IMG/VR virus record: IMGVR_UViG_3300042460_000659
Location: 1-63,799 of that record
Direction: 5' to 3' (one strand)
Source of the DNA: a virus
Taxonomy: Duplodnaviria; Caudoviricetes
Length of the DNA: 63,799 bases
The position numbers and the translations under genes were made by a program. Of the stretch, positions 35,642 to 44,793 are shown piece after piece. The first letter of the stretch is position 1. Every line of letters starts with the position of its first letter. The notes beneath the pieces are model-generated. The model was given only the letters and a program-made list of their open reading frames with translations. It was not told where the DNA came from and ran no database searches.

Positions 35642-36346
35642 CTAATCCTTTTTCGGACCCGGCAGCCCTTGCAGGGTCTTGATGGTCTTTTCTCTCATTT
35701 TCTTCACGAAGACATCAAGGATTTTGTGCCCGTGGTCGATGTCCCCGCTGCCGAGATGCATCACGTCTTCTGGTGGGATCACGTACTCACCACCGGCGGC
35801 CACGATAGGCACGGCATCCGTAGCGCCACCGGCGGCGTAGCTCTGGCTGTACGGGGTGTACATGTCGTTCAGTTCAGTCTTTGCAGCTGGTGCCTGCGCC
35901 TGCGGGCGTGAGCCACCCATGATGCCGCCAAGGGACGGCTTTGCCGCAGCCGGTGCCGGTGCAGCGAGGGACGTCCCGTTGCCACTGCCGCTGAAGGCAA
36001 CCTTCTTCAGAAGTTCGTACCCGACGTCACCACCAGCCGCCTTCTTCGGAGACGGGACGCCATAGGGCATGCCGCTTGCACCGTACGGAAGACTGCCTGT
36101 GGATTGCCCATAGGGGCCGGGGGCTGAGAAAATGTTCTTCGCCACTTTGAACCCAGCCATGGAGTTGCCTTCGCCCATGGCGGAAATGATGTCTGCTGGG
36201 ATCACGTACGAACCGGATGCCACATGCATAGGCAGGTGGTCTGTCCGACCAGCCACACTGCTGTGGATCGGCCCCTTGTGGGTCTTGGTCTTCGTTTTCC
36301 CGCCGCGCGCCAGATCGACCGCATTGCTGATGACAGTGTCGTTCAT
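35642..36346 (-). CDS. Virion/ejection-associated protein (234 aa)
   Basis: GRTDHL...SGSYVIPAD and AGGEYVIPPE motifs. Confidence 0.65.
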   Translation of the reverse strand: MNDTVISNAVDLARGGKTKTKTHKGPIHSSVAGRTDHLPMHVASGSYVIPADIISAMGEGNSMAGFKVAKNIFSAPGPYGQSTGSLPYGASGMPYGVPSPKKAAGGDVGYELLKKVAFSGSGNGTSLAAPAPAAAKPSLGGIMGGSRPQAQAPAAKTELNDMYTPYSQSYAAGGATDAVPIVAAGGEYVIPPEDVMHLGSGDIDHGHKILDVFVKKMREKTIKTLQGLPGPKKD

Positions 36347-36353
36347 GGTGACC

Positions 36354-36692
36354 TCACGAATAGCTGACGGTGACGACCTGCCCGGCTCCGGGCGTGACCA
36401 CAATTCCGTTCTCGACTGGGATTTTGACCTCAGTGACCCCAACAATGTTTGGGATGACAAAGATTTTCGGGGCGGTGGCGGACGATACGGATGCGTCATA
36501 GATGGAACCGACCGCACCGGCTGTCGTGACGACAACTCTGGCCAGCCTGCCTTGACCGGTTAGGACGAGCGTCGCCGTGCTGATCTCTCTTGAGACGCGA
36601 GACCCGGATACCTGAAGGTATGTCTGGCCCAGACCATTGATGGCCGTCACGATGTTTTTCGCAGCTGTGAGGATATCAGAGATCGAAGACAT
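36354..36692 (-). CDS. Hypothetical virion protein (112 aa)
   Basis: Coupled to the tail-tube gene. Confidence 0.7.
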   Translation of the reverse strand: MSSISDILTAAKNIVTAINGLGQTYLQVSGSRVSREISTATLVLTGQGRLARVVVTTAGAVGSIYDASVSSATAPKIFVIPNIVGVTEVKIPVENGIVVTPGAGQVVTVSYS

Positions 36693-38977
36693 CAGAACTT
36701 CCCATCTTGCTGAATGCGGTATCGAATATTTCCAAGTCTCCAGAACGAGGCGACGTCATTGCTGGATATCTCGATGGCGATCAGTCTCGCTCTGATCCTT
36801 GGTGTGATGTAGTCGGTGGACTGGGTAACCAGATACGGCCCATGCACCGTGGGCGGCAGGCCCGGATAGTCGGTCGTGTAGAACGTGATGGAGACGTCGG
36901 CGCTGGCAATGCCGTTGTAATACCCCCATTTCATGTCTGGCCACAGCTGATCGAGGAACGTCTTTTCGTCCCCTTCAGCAAGGGCAAAGTAGCCAGTCTT
37001 GAAGCTGGAGTTCATCGGCAGGCCGTCAGCGTCAGGGGACGTTTCGTGCTGGTAGATGAAGAAGTCGCTGCCAGCGCCAATGGGCGGCCCGAAGACGCTC
37101 TGGTCGATCCAAGCCGTGCGGGCAAGCGTTCCAAAGTCCCACTGGCCTGTCAGCGTGTTGTACTTGACGTATTTTGTGGGGACGCCGCCGGAACCGGTCG
37201 TCGGGTAGAACCACGACACTTCCCCGAACCTGCTGTTGGGAGCGCATCGTACGTTCTGCCAGTATGCCGTGTCGATGTCTTGGAAGATCACGTCCCAGAT
37301 CGGGCACTGGATTGGCTCCGGGCCGCCGCTGGACAGGCGGAAAAACTGGCTCTGGGACATCCAATAGACGACGCCCGACATGGTTGAGGCAGCCTTGCGA
37401 CCCACCAGACCGCAGCCGGTGCCGATCTCGTTGAAGGAGTAGATGAACGGCTGGCTGATGTACTGCATCGACCAGAGCGCGATGTCGGTCCACAGCAAGC
37501 TTTGCTGAGGCCCCTGCAGGCCACCGACGATCATAGACCCCTTGGGAATGCGGTACGAACCGGCTTGGTTAGTGACAGTGCCGACCCAGCTGGAGAAGTT
37601 CCCCACGTCGCACCAGCGGACCAGAAGCGGGTCTTGGATGCCGTTGAAGGTCGATCCGTAGGCAATGACCTGACGCTCTGGCATCGAGATGAACATGCCC
37701 TCATTCACCAACGGGGCGTTCGGCATGATGTCGCAGTGGTCTGAGCCGCTGGCGGTGTTCCAATAGAAGATCGACCCCATGTGCGGACACGCCACAAGGT
37801 ATTCGCCCCAATTGTCGAGGGACCAGTCTGTCGTGCCTTCAAACGCCCACCGGTTGACCTTCAGCGTCCCGGCGACCGTCTGCACGCCCAGCGTTGTTGG
37901 GATGGTGAAGGTGAAGGTGCTGGAGGATGTGCCAGCCGTGGCGGACGTCACCGCCCACGTGCCGTTGTACCCGGCTGGGGTGGTGCCAGCGATGGTGATT
38001 ACCGATCCGGGCGTGAGGTAGACGCTGGTCGGCACCGTGGCCGTGGCGACCGTTCCCACCATGGTTATGGAAGTCGGGATGTAAGTGCGCCCGCCGACGA
38101 ACGACCCGCCGCTGAAGCCGCCAAATCCATAGAAACCGGCACCATATCCCACCGGTGGAGGAACCGCCTGCTGGCCGGTGTAGTAGATGATCCGGGCGTT
38201 GCCTCCATTCATGAAGACAGAGGCCGTGGAGGTTGCTGCATATGGAGCGGCGATGACGAAGGTGTTGGCGGTTACAGCTGGCGTTTCCTGAATGACGTAG
38301 TTGCCGTACAGGGTCACGCCGCCGACCGTGGTCGAGATCAGGATGGCAAATGTCGAACCAGCCGTGAGGCCGTGGTTTGGCAGTGTAACGAGGACGTTGA
38401 TGTCTCCGGTGCTGGTGTCGAACTCCGGAACGACGCCACCAGATGCAGGGGCCGTCGCAGGAACGGATGCGCCAAGGATGTTTACGGAATTGATCAGGTA
38501 CGCATCATCGTTGAACGCCGTGGTCTTGTAGAAGCCGGACAGGATCAGGCCGCCGACGCTGATCGGTGTCACGATGTATATAGCATCGTACGATGTCACA
38601 AACGATCCGATATCGTTGACCGTGACCGACGATGACCCACTCACCGTGTCGACGTCTACGATGGGGTTTGCGGTGTAGTACATTGGAGATCGGTTCAGGA
38701 TCGCCCCTGCGCTTTCGCTGGTGAAAACCCCATCCTCAGCACCCATCGCCAAGAACGAATTGCTGTTCGTATCGGCCCAAGCATGCAGCGCCCTGACCGT
38801 GTCCGTGAGCGGCAGAGACAGAAACTTCGTCCATCCACCAAGCTTCTGGGGCAGGGCAGTGCCATTCCGATCTGGAACGAACCGGATCAGGTTGCTTTCG
38901 GAGATCGCAGCTTCGTTCAGCGCGGGGGTACGGTTCTGATCGACGCCGGGGATCAGCTTCAGTGACGCGTGCGGCAT
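36692..38977 (-). CDS. Tail tubular/nozzle (P22 gp10-like stabilisation) protein
   Basis: 761 aa beta-rich; WSLDNWGEYL, LLVRWCD, VYWMS, FGEVSWFYP; position after the adaptor. Confidence 0.7.
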   Translation of the reverse strand: MPHASLKLIPGVDQNRTPALNEAAISESNLIRFVPDRNGTALPQKLGGWTKFLSLPLTDTVRALHAWADTNSNSFLAMGAEDGVFTSESAGAILNRSPMYYTANPIVDVDTVSGSSSVTVNDIGSFVTSYDAIYIVTPISVGGLILSGFYKTTAFNDDAYLINSVNILGASVPATAPASGGVVPEFDTSTGDINVLVTLPNHGLTAGSTFAILISTTVGGVTLYGNYVIQETPAVTANTFVIAAPYAATSTASVFMNGGNARIIYYTGQQAVPPPVGYGAGFYGFGGFSGGSFVGGRTYIPTSITMVGTVATATVPTSVYLTPGSVITIAGTTPAGYNGTWAVTSATAGTSSSTFTFTIPTTLGVQTVAGTLKVNRWAFEGTTDWSLDNWGEYLVACPHMGSIFYWNTASGSDHCDIMPNAPLVNEGMFISMPERQVIAYGSTFNGIQDPLLVRWCDVGNFSSWVGTVTNQAGSYRIPKGSMIVGGLQGPQQSLLWTDIALWSMQYISQPFIYSFNEIGTGCGLVGRKAASTMSGVVYWMSQSQFFRLSSGGPEPIQCPIWDVIFQDIDTAYWQNVRCAPNSRFGEVSWFYPTTGSGGVPTKYVKYNTLTGQWDFGTLARTAWIDQSVFGPPIGAGSDFFIYQHETSPDADGLPMNSSFKTGYFALAEGDEKTFLDQLWPDMKWGYYNGIASADVSITFYTTDYPGLPPTVHGPYLVTQSTDYITPRIRARLIAIEISSNDVASFWRLGNIRYRIQQDGKF

Positions 38978-38980
38978 GTC

Positions 38981-39730
38981 TTATCCCCTTGTCGGCGAGG
39001 CGACCGGTGCTGGGGACTGCGACGTCCAGCCCGGTCCTTCGAACTTCTTGCGGGCTTCCTCGACCGCAGCGCCGCTGAGGAGGGCCTTGTACTGCCCCTC
39101 GTAGCTCTGTGCCATCTGCGGATCGTCGGACTGGCGGCCAAAGTTCCGCTGGTACGCAGAGATGTAGATCATCGATGCCATGATGAAGAGATCGGGCAGG
39201 TACTGGCTGATGAACGTCGGGCTGTTTGCCAGAGACAGAGTGTTGGGTCGGTACGTCGCCACCACTTCCACGCTGTACGCGGCGTCAGGGACAGGCCCGA
39301 CGAAGAACAGGTTCTCGTTGAACGGCGCAAAGTACTTCGGCTGCCCACGGTTGGCAGATGCGTTCGATCCATACACCGCGTCCAGAAATTCCTTCGTGAC
39401 CGGCAGGAGCGGCACGCGGGACGCCAGCGGATCATCCGGGTTGTCCGTCCCGACCGGCAGGATCAAGTTCAGCTGCTCTGTCACCACGATGGAGCCGCTG
39501 TTGTCCGGAAGCGTCATCGGGAAGGTAAGGTTTCTGTTCCCGGCGGCCAGCCCGATGGTGGGGCCATAGATCGACGTGGAGGTGAACATCAGATCGAGAT
39601 CGCGATAGATGCGAAGCTCGGCGTAATCGATCATGGACGGCGCGATCTCCAAGAAGTTCACGTCGTTGACGGCCACCACCGCCATCTGGGCGATCTGGTT
39701 CAGGTAGGTTGTGTAGGTCAGTCCGGCCAC
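38981..39730 (-). CDS. Head-tail adaptor / tail tubular A-like protein
   Basis: IDYAELRIYRDL, GQPKYFA, GPVPDAAYSVE. Confidence 0.7.
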   Translation of the reverse strand: MAGLTYTTYLNQIAQMAVVAVNDVNFLEIAPSMIDYAELRIYRDLDLMFTSTSIYGPTIGLAAGNRNLTFPMTLPDNSGSIVVTEQLNLILPVGTDNPDDPLASRVPLLPVTKEFLDAVYGSNASANRGQPKYFAPFNENLFFVGPVPDAAYSVEVVATYRPNTLSLANSPTFISQYLPDLFIMASMIYISAYQRNFGRQSDDPQMAQSYEGQYKALLSGAAVEEARKKFEGPGWTSQSPAPVASPTRG

Positions 39731-39754
39731 GGCATCACCTCGTTTTGCGGCATA

Positions 39755-40009
39755 CTATCCCAGTTGGGGCCAGCTGGCGAGTGCCTGATGCCGCTCAGCG
39801 CACGACCGCAGGGCCGACCTGTCGCGCCCCCACGCCTTCTCCACCTCGACCTGCGTCATGGCCCCGTCCGGCAAGCTGACGGGCGCTGCGCAGGGCGCTG
39901 TGAGGCTGGGTGGCTGCGGTATCGAGATGGGTTCAACGCTTCTTGAGGCGCAGGACGCTGTCAACGCCAAGGCAGACAAGATTGGCACCGACATCCGCAT
40001 TTGCCTCAT
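39755..40009 (-). CDS. o-spanin (Rz1-like lipoprotein)
   Basis: LALTASC lipobox, Pro-rich, Cys; overlaps the i-spanin; start may be 39994. Confidence 0.7.
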   Translation of the reverse strand: MRQMRMSVPILSALALTASCASRSVEPISIPQPPSLTAPCAAPVSLPDGAMTQVEVEKAWGRDRSALRSCAERHQALASWPQLG

Positions 40010-40229
40010 CCTCCAGCTGGATCATTGCTTGGGCACGCTGGAATTCCGCGTTGAGCCGTTTCTCTTCTGCCTCACTGGCGATCTCTGCAGCACGAAAAGC
40101 ATCTTTCTGAGCTTTCGCCAGCGACACTGCAGCCCGACCTGTTTCAATCCTGACCCCCAGACCGTACCCAATGGTGCCTGACAGTATCACCCCGATCAGG
40201 GCTGCGATCAGAAACCAGTGCCGCATCAT
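39933..40229 (-). CDS. i-spanin (Rz-like)
   Basis: N-terminal TM plus coiled coil, directly after the endolysin. Confidence 0.7.
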   Translation of the reverse strand: MMRHWFLIAALIGVILSGTIGYGLGVRIETGRAAVSLAKAQKDAFRAAEIASEAEEKRLNAEFQRAQAMIQLEDEANADVGANLVCLGVDSVLRLKKR

Positions 40230-40717
40230 GCTTCGTTTTTGGACGACGCCGTGGCGCTCTTCATTTGCGGAAGGTCGCCGGGACGTCCCTTGTAGGTTGT
40301 GGGCCAGCGGTATCCGCGTGCGCGACCCCTGTCGATTGGCGTGACGCTGACGGTGTCGCCCTGATTGCCCCCAAGGACGTAGAACCGCTTCTCGTCCTGT
40401 CCCACCAAAAAGCCGACATGGCCGCCACCGGGGCGCTCAAAAGCCACCACAGCACCGTACGCGGGGTTGCAAGCCTTGCCAAACAGCAGCCAGTTCAGCG
40501 CCCAGTATGGGTTCTCACCCAGCTTGCCGGGGCGAGGCTCGTCAGGAAGCGCAAGCTCGATGGCGGTGTCCACGAAGTCGCCGCACCATGGCAGTTTGGA
40601 CGGGTCTCCCAGCGTCTTGCCGTCACTCTTCAGCCACTTGGCCAAAACAGCGCGATCCCTGTCTTCGTGAAGACCCATGACCTTCTTGGCTTCGATCATC
40701 CACGGCAGGTCACTCAT
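40226..40717 (-). CDS. Endolysin, CHAP/NlpC-P60 (TIGR02594-like)
   Basis: PWCGDFV, GGGHVGF, VLGGNQGDTV. Confidence 0.88.
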   Translation of the reverse strand: MSDLPWMIEAKKVMGLHEDRDRAVLAKWLKSDGKTLGDPSKLPWCGDFVDTAIELALPDEPRPGKLGENPYWALNWLLFGKACNPAYGAVVAFERPGGGHVGFLVGQDEKRFYVLGGNQGDTVSVTPIDRGRARGYRWPTTYKGRPGDLPQMKSATASSKNEA

Positions 40718-41117
40718 CGTCGTCTTTCCCCGGAATGAAGGTGTCGATCACTTTGTCTGCGATCTTGTCGCTCTTCTTCTCAAGCATTCCAGCGAAGCGA
40801 AGGGCGAAGCGAGTGAGCCGTCTGGAGAAGAACCCAGCCGCGAACATCGCAACCTGCACCGGGAAGCCCGGAAACATTCGGTGCGAGACTATACCGGCAA
40901 GGTGCGAGGCGAGGAACGCGCCCAGTATCACCAGCCAAAGCTCCCGCTGGTCCTGTTCAGGCTCCGACCGCATGGCAAACGTAGCACCGGCGATGGCAAG
41001 GAAAATGCCACCTACCCATTCATATGGAGAAAACGATATCCCTAGCCCGGCTAGGGCCAAGGTTGTCCAGTCCTTGGCGTGGTCGGCCAGTACGTCCTTC
41101 AACCTCTTCTTCTCCAC
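40710..41117 (-). CDS. Putative holin
   Basis: Several TM segments and a charged C-terminus, upstream of the endolysin. Confidence 0.7.
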   Translation of the reverse strand: MEKKRLKDVLADHAKDWTTLALAGLGISFSPYEWVGGIFLAIAGATFAMRSEPEQDQRELWLVILGAFLASHLAGIVSHRMFPGFPVQVAMFAAGFFSRRLTRFALRFAGMLEKKSDKIADKVIDTFIPGKDDDE

Positions 41118-41153
41118 ATCAAGGCTCCGATTTGTTCCGGAACGGTTAGATAA

Positions 41154-43310
41154 CTAGGCTGAAACGCCCCGGATTATGTTGAAATTTATAATCGGCGCAT
41201 CGACGGCCACGCCAACAAGGGAGACGAAAGAGACCGAAAACGAAACCCCAGCAACTATGCCAGACGGCACCGCAATATATGTATTTGTGCCGCCACGGAT
41301 CGTAAGGCTTACGGTATCGGTGACCGCAATGGCCGTGTTTGGGACGGTGAAGGTTGTATATGAGGCAGTCACCCCAGCCGCCGAAAACAGGGTGATGGCA
41401 CCAGACGTCTTGTTGCCGGTCGTCGGGGCGGGCGTGGTGCGGCTGGTCAGCTGAGTGACAGCCACACCGGCACCAGTGGAGTACCCGATGCCGCCAGCGC
41501 CGTTGGACAGGACGCTGGTCGAGGCGGTGACGGTGGTGAAGGCACCAGTGGACGGGGTGGTGGCACCAACCGTACCGTTCAGAGCGCCGCCGGTAATCGT
41601 GGGACCAGTTCCCAAAACAACAGAACCCGTGCCGGTGATCGATCCAAAGTCGGTGAAGCCCCACTCCCAAGAAGCAGCGGTAGTTCCGCTTGTCAGGATA
41701 CAGGTCACCATCAGGGTCATGCTGGCGGGGACCGTGGCGACGAGGTTTGCGCCGGACGAGTTCACCGTCAGGTTGCCGGTGGAGTTGTTGACGATGTGGA
41801 AGGTCCAGCCGGTCGTCAGGGTGGAGGTCACCGGCAGCGTGATAGTCTGCGTCGTCACGCCAGTGAACAACTGGTACTGGCTGCTGGTGTTGGTCAGGAC
41901 GGTCGTGCCAGCCGCCGTGGCGGTGGTGGTGTACCCGTACAGGACAGCCGCCGCAGCCGGTGCCGTGGTGACCCCAGTGCCACCCCCGGCCAGCCCAAGG
42001 GTGCCCCACGCCGGTGCAGCGCCAGCGCCACCAGATACGATGGTCTGACCGGTCGTGCCGTAGTTTGCACCGCCAATTCCCCACTGGCCTAAATCGCCAA
42101 CACGAAATCGTTCTGAACCGCCAGCACCAATAATTAGCGGCGTGGACGCCCGCGCGATGAGGCTTGCTTCGCTTCCAGTTGATGCCAGAAACACATCGCC
42201 AATAGTGCCAGCACCAGTCCCGATAAGACTGATGCTTGAAGTTGTTGTACCGTCACCAATTTGAACGGTTCTTCCATAAACAGGAGTTACTGAATTCGTT
42301 CCGATGCCCACATCGCCAATGGAGCTTATCCGCATACGCTCGACGTTAGTGGGGGCAGTGCTGCTGGTTGCTGTAGTAAATACAAGGTTTGCACCAAGGC
42401 CACCGCCATCTGTGGTGTAGATACCAGAGGATACTGCGTTGCCATTGATGGAAAAACCGACACCGTGGCTCAGGTTGCCAGCTGAATATGCACCGTTCAG
42501 GATGATGGAAGAAGTCAGTGCGGCTGATACGCTTTGGCTGGTGTTCAGCCTCGCACTCGGAGAACTTGTTCCAATACCTACGTCGCCGGTGGTGTTGATC
42601 CGCACGCGCTCTGCGCCATTGGTCTGCATAACAATGGGAGCAGCTTCAGTCGTGGAGAGCAAAAGAGCACCACCGCGAGTGATGATTTGAGAGCTTCCAG
42701 TTGCGCCAGCATCGCGAAGAATTCGAAGACCATAATCCGTGTACGTGGCATCTCCGACGAAATCGATAAGGCTTGTGCCGTCTCCGGTGCGACCCGTGCC
42801 AATTTCGAGGCTTCGGCTTTCCGTTGAAGCCGCCAGAAGAAATGCGTTTCCAGCGCCGTTTACCAGAAAACGTTGAACCCCCGTGGTGGAGATCGAAACT
42901 TGGTTTACCGCCGGAGACCAGATGCCGGTGTCCAGATCACCCGAAAACGTGATCGACGGCGCTCCGGCTGTGCCAGCGCCAAACGTGCCGGTGGTGAACG
43001 TTCCCGCTGCAGGGGTGATGCCGCCGATGGTCGTACCGTTGATGCTGCCGCCAGTGATGACGACAGCGTCCGCATCCTGAATGGCGATGGTGCCAAGGCC
43101 AAGGTTCGTGCGGGCATCGGAGGCCGTGGTCGCACCAGTGCCGCCAATTGCGATGGGGAACGGGAAAGACAGGGGCGTTCCAATGGCAGACGCGGCTGCG
43201 ATCTGCGCCAAGCTGATCTTGACCGACGAACCAGATTGAACGCCCTCAAAAAGTTCCTCCCCTGACAGGGCGGTGACGGCGGGCAGGTTCGGGATTTGGA
43301 TATTTGCCAT
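41154..43310 (-). CDS. Tail fibre / spike protein (718 aa)
   Basis: Thr/Gly-rich; ERVRI/ERMRI..GDVGIGT repeats; GGTGATTASDARTNLGLG. Confidence 0.8.
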   Translation of the reverse strand: MANIQIPNLPAVTALSGEELFEGVQSGSSVKISLAQIAAASAIGTPLSFPFPIAIGGTGATTASDARTNLGLGTIAIQDADAVVITGGSINGTTIGGITPAAGTFTTGTFGAGTAGAPSITFSGDLDTGIWSPAVNQVSISTTGVQRFLVNGAGNAFLLAASTESRSLEIGTGRTGDGTSLIDFVGDATYTDYGLRILRDAGATGSSQIITRGGALLLSTTEAAPIVMQTNGAERVRINTTGDVGIGTSSPSARLNTSQSVSAALTSSIILNGAYSAGNLSHGVGFSINGNAVSSGIYTTDGGGLGANLVFTTATSSTAPTNVERMRISSIGDVGIGTNSVTPVYGRTVQIGDGTTTSSISLIGTGAGTIGDVFLASTGSEASLIARASTPLIIGAGGSERFRVGDLGQWGIGGANYGTTGQTIVSGGAGAAPAWGTLGLAGGGTGVTTAPAAAAVLYGYTTTATAAGTTVLTNTSSQYQLFTGVTTQTITLPVTSTLTTGWTFHIVNNSTGNLTVNSSGANLVATVPASMTLMVTCILTSGTTAASWEWGFTDFGSITGTGSVVLGTGPTITGGALNGTVGATTPSTGAFTTVTASTSVLSNGAGGIGYSTGAGVAVTQLTSRTTPAPTTGNKTSGAITLFSAAGVTASYTTFTVPNTAIAVTDTVSLTIRGGTNTYIAVPSGIVAGVSFSVSFVSLVGVAVDAPIINFNIIRGVSA

Positions 43311-43810
43311 CAGATCGGCCCTGTCTCTGGAACGGTTGTGTTACCATACGGCAAACCGGGGTTGCTGTCACCGGGCGCATTCGGATCGGTGCCGGGGCGC
43401 TGGTTCAAGCTGCCGTTGGCAAAGCCAGTCTGCTGGGTGACGCGGTTGCTGTCGTTCTCGGTGATCCGGAAGTCGCCGCCCGGCACGGGGATACCAGTCT
43501 TGAAGTTGACCGCGTTCAGCCCAGACGTGACCCGGAAGTCGGTCGAGGCGTTAACGAAGTTTTCGGGCCGTGGGTTCATGATTGGCGGCGGATCACCCGG
43601 CAGGACAATCGCACGAAGCTGAGACTGGGGGCGGTCCATGCAGGGCCTGCAGACCAGCAGGTTCTTCCGGATCAGGTTAGCGCCAGCCCAGTCGTACTGG
43701 AACGCCAGATCGACATGGTTGAACCGCCCGCCACAGCGGTCACAGATCGCATGGGCCTGCGGGTTGCTGGCTGATGTACGTGCGCGACCGGCCCTTGATG
43801 CGTAGCCCAT
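43310..43810 (-). CDS. Conserved virion-module protein with CxxC pairs
   Basis: AICDRCG...LVCRPCMD.PQ; typical neighbour of adaptor genes. Confidence 0.7.
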   Translation of the reverse strand: MGYASRAGRARTSASNPQAHAICDRCGGRFNHVDLAFQYDWAGANLIRKNLLVCRPCMDRPQSQLRAIVLPGDPPPIMNPRPENFVNASTDFRVTSGLNAVNFKTGIPVPGGDFRITENDSNRVTQQTGFANGSLNQRPGTDPNAPGDSNPGLPYGNTTVPETGPI

Positions 43811-43812
43811 GG

Positions 43813-44493
43813 TCAGTTCCTGAAGTACCCGCCGATCATCGGGGAGATGAAGGTGTTGACGTTCTCGACGTTCTGGAACGCCGCGATGTCATAGCTCTCG
43901 TCCGCTTGCCCTTTCAGCGCCACAGCAATCTGTGGGTTCCAGATGCGCGCCAGCCGGTAGGTCAGGCCATCAGCGAACGCCTCAAGCCACAGGTACGGGA
44001 TTTCAGCGTTCTGCCCGTTGGTCAGATTGGCGTCCTGAATGCGCCGAACGCGATAGTACCGAAGGGTCTGGGCACCAGTCTCAGCTGGCACCGGCCAGAG
44101 CGTGACGGTCGGAGCGGTCAGCCGGTCGAACCAGAACACAGTCGGGAAGCCCTGAATGCTTTTTGTAGAGTACGATGCATATTCCGTGCGGCTGACGGGC
44201 ATGATGGGCCGGTCGACGCCGTCGGTGCGGATGTAGGCATCGAGGATCATCACGGTGGTGGGATCGACGTTGTACACGGCCTGACCCTGCACCAGCGGTG
44301 TGGTGATCAGATCGACCGCCCAGAGGTTCACGCCTTGGTTTGCCCAGCGGGACAGCATCATGTTCGTGGCCATCCGGGCGCTTTCCATGTGTTCCTGCAC
44401 AAGGGAAGTCGGGCGAAGGCCGATGTTCATGTAGGCGTAGATCGTGATCTCGCCCAGACTTGGGTTGAAGTCGTAGGTGCCACTGGTTGTCAT
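43813..44493 (-). CDS. Head-to-tail connector (P22 gp4-like)
   Basis: WANQGVNLW, GFPTVFWFDR, LWPVP. Confidence 0.7.
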   Translation of the reverse strand: MTTSGTYDFNPSLGEITIYAYMNIGLRPTSLVQEHMESARMATNMMLSRWANQGVNLWAVDLITTPLVQGQAVYNVDPTTVMILDAYIRTDGVDRPIMPVSRTEYASYSTKSIQGFPTVFWFDRLTAPTVTLWPVPAETGAQTLRYYRVRRIQDANLTNGQNAEIPYLWLEAFADGLTYRLARIWNPQIAVALKGQADESYDIAAFQNVENVNTFISPMIGGYFRN

Positions 44494-44496
44494 GGA

Positions 44497-44748
44497 TCAG
44501 CAATCCCACTTTCGGAGAGACAGAGCCTTGCGGGTAGGCTTGCCCTTTTCGTCCTTCATCGGCCCCGGCATCCCAGACATTCTAGCACAGAACGACTTCT
44601 TGCGGCCAGCGTCCTTCTCCGTCTTGGGATTGGGTGCGGGCGGCTTCAGGTTCATGCCCTGAGCCTTGGCAGATGCCCTGCCCTTGGCGTTCAGGCCGCC
44701 TGTTGCATCCTGCCCCTCCTTGCGGGTCCACGCGGGTGTCTTGGCCAT
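44497..44748 (-). CDS. Small basic conserved phage protein (DUF6321-like)
   Basis: GGLNAKGRAS...RKKSFCARM...LRKWDC. Confidence 0.75.
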   Translation of the reverse strand: MAKTPAWTRKEGQDATGGLNAKGRASAKAQGMNLKPPAPNPKTEKDAGRKKSFCARMSGMPGPMKDEKGKPTRKALSLRKWDC

Positions 44749-44765
44749 TCTCTTCCCTCCGGTAG

Positions 44766-44787
44766 TGGAAACGCCCCCGAAGGGGCG
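44766..44787 (-). terminator. UUCG hairpin terminator
   Basis: CGCCCC-TTCG-GGGGCG then TTT. Confidence 0.6.
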
Positions 44788-44793
44788 CTTCTC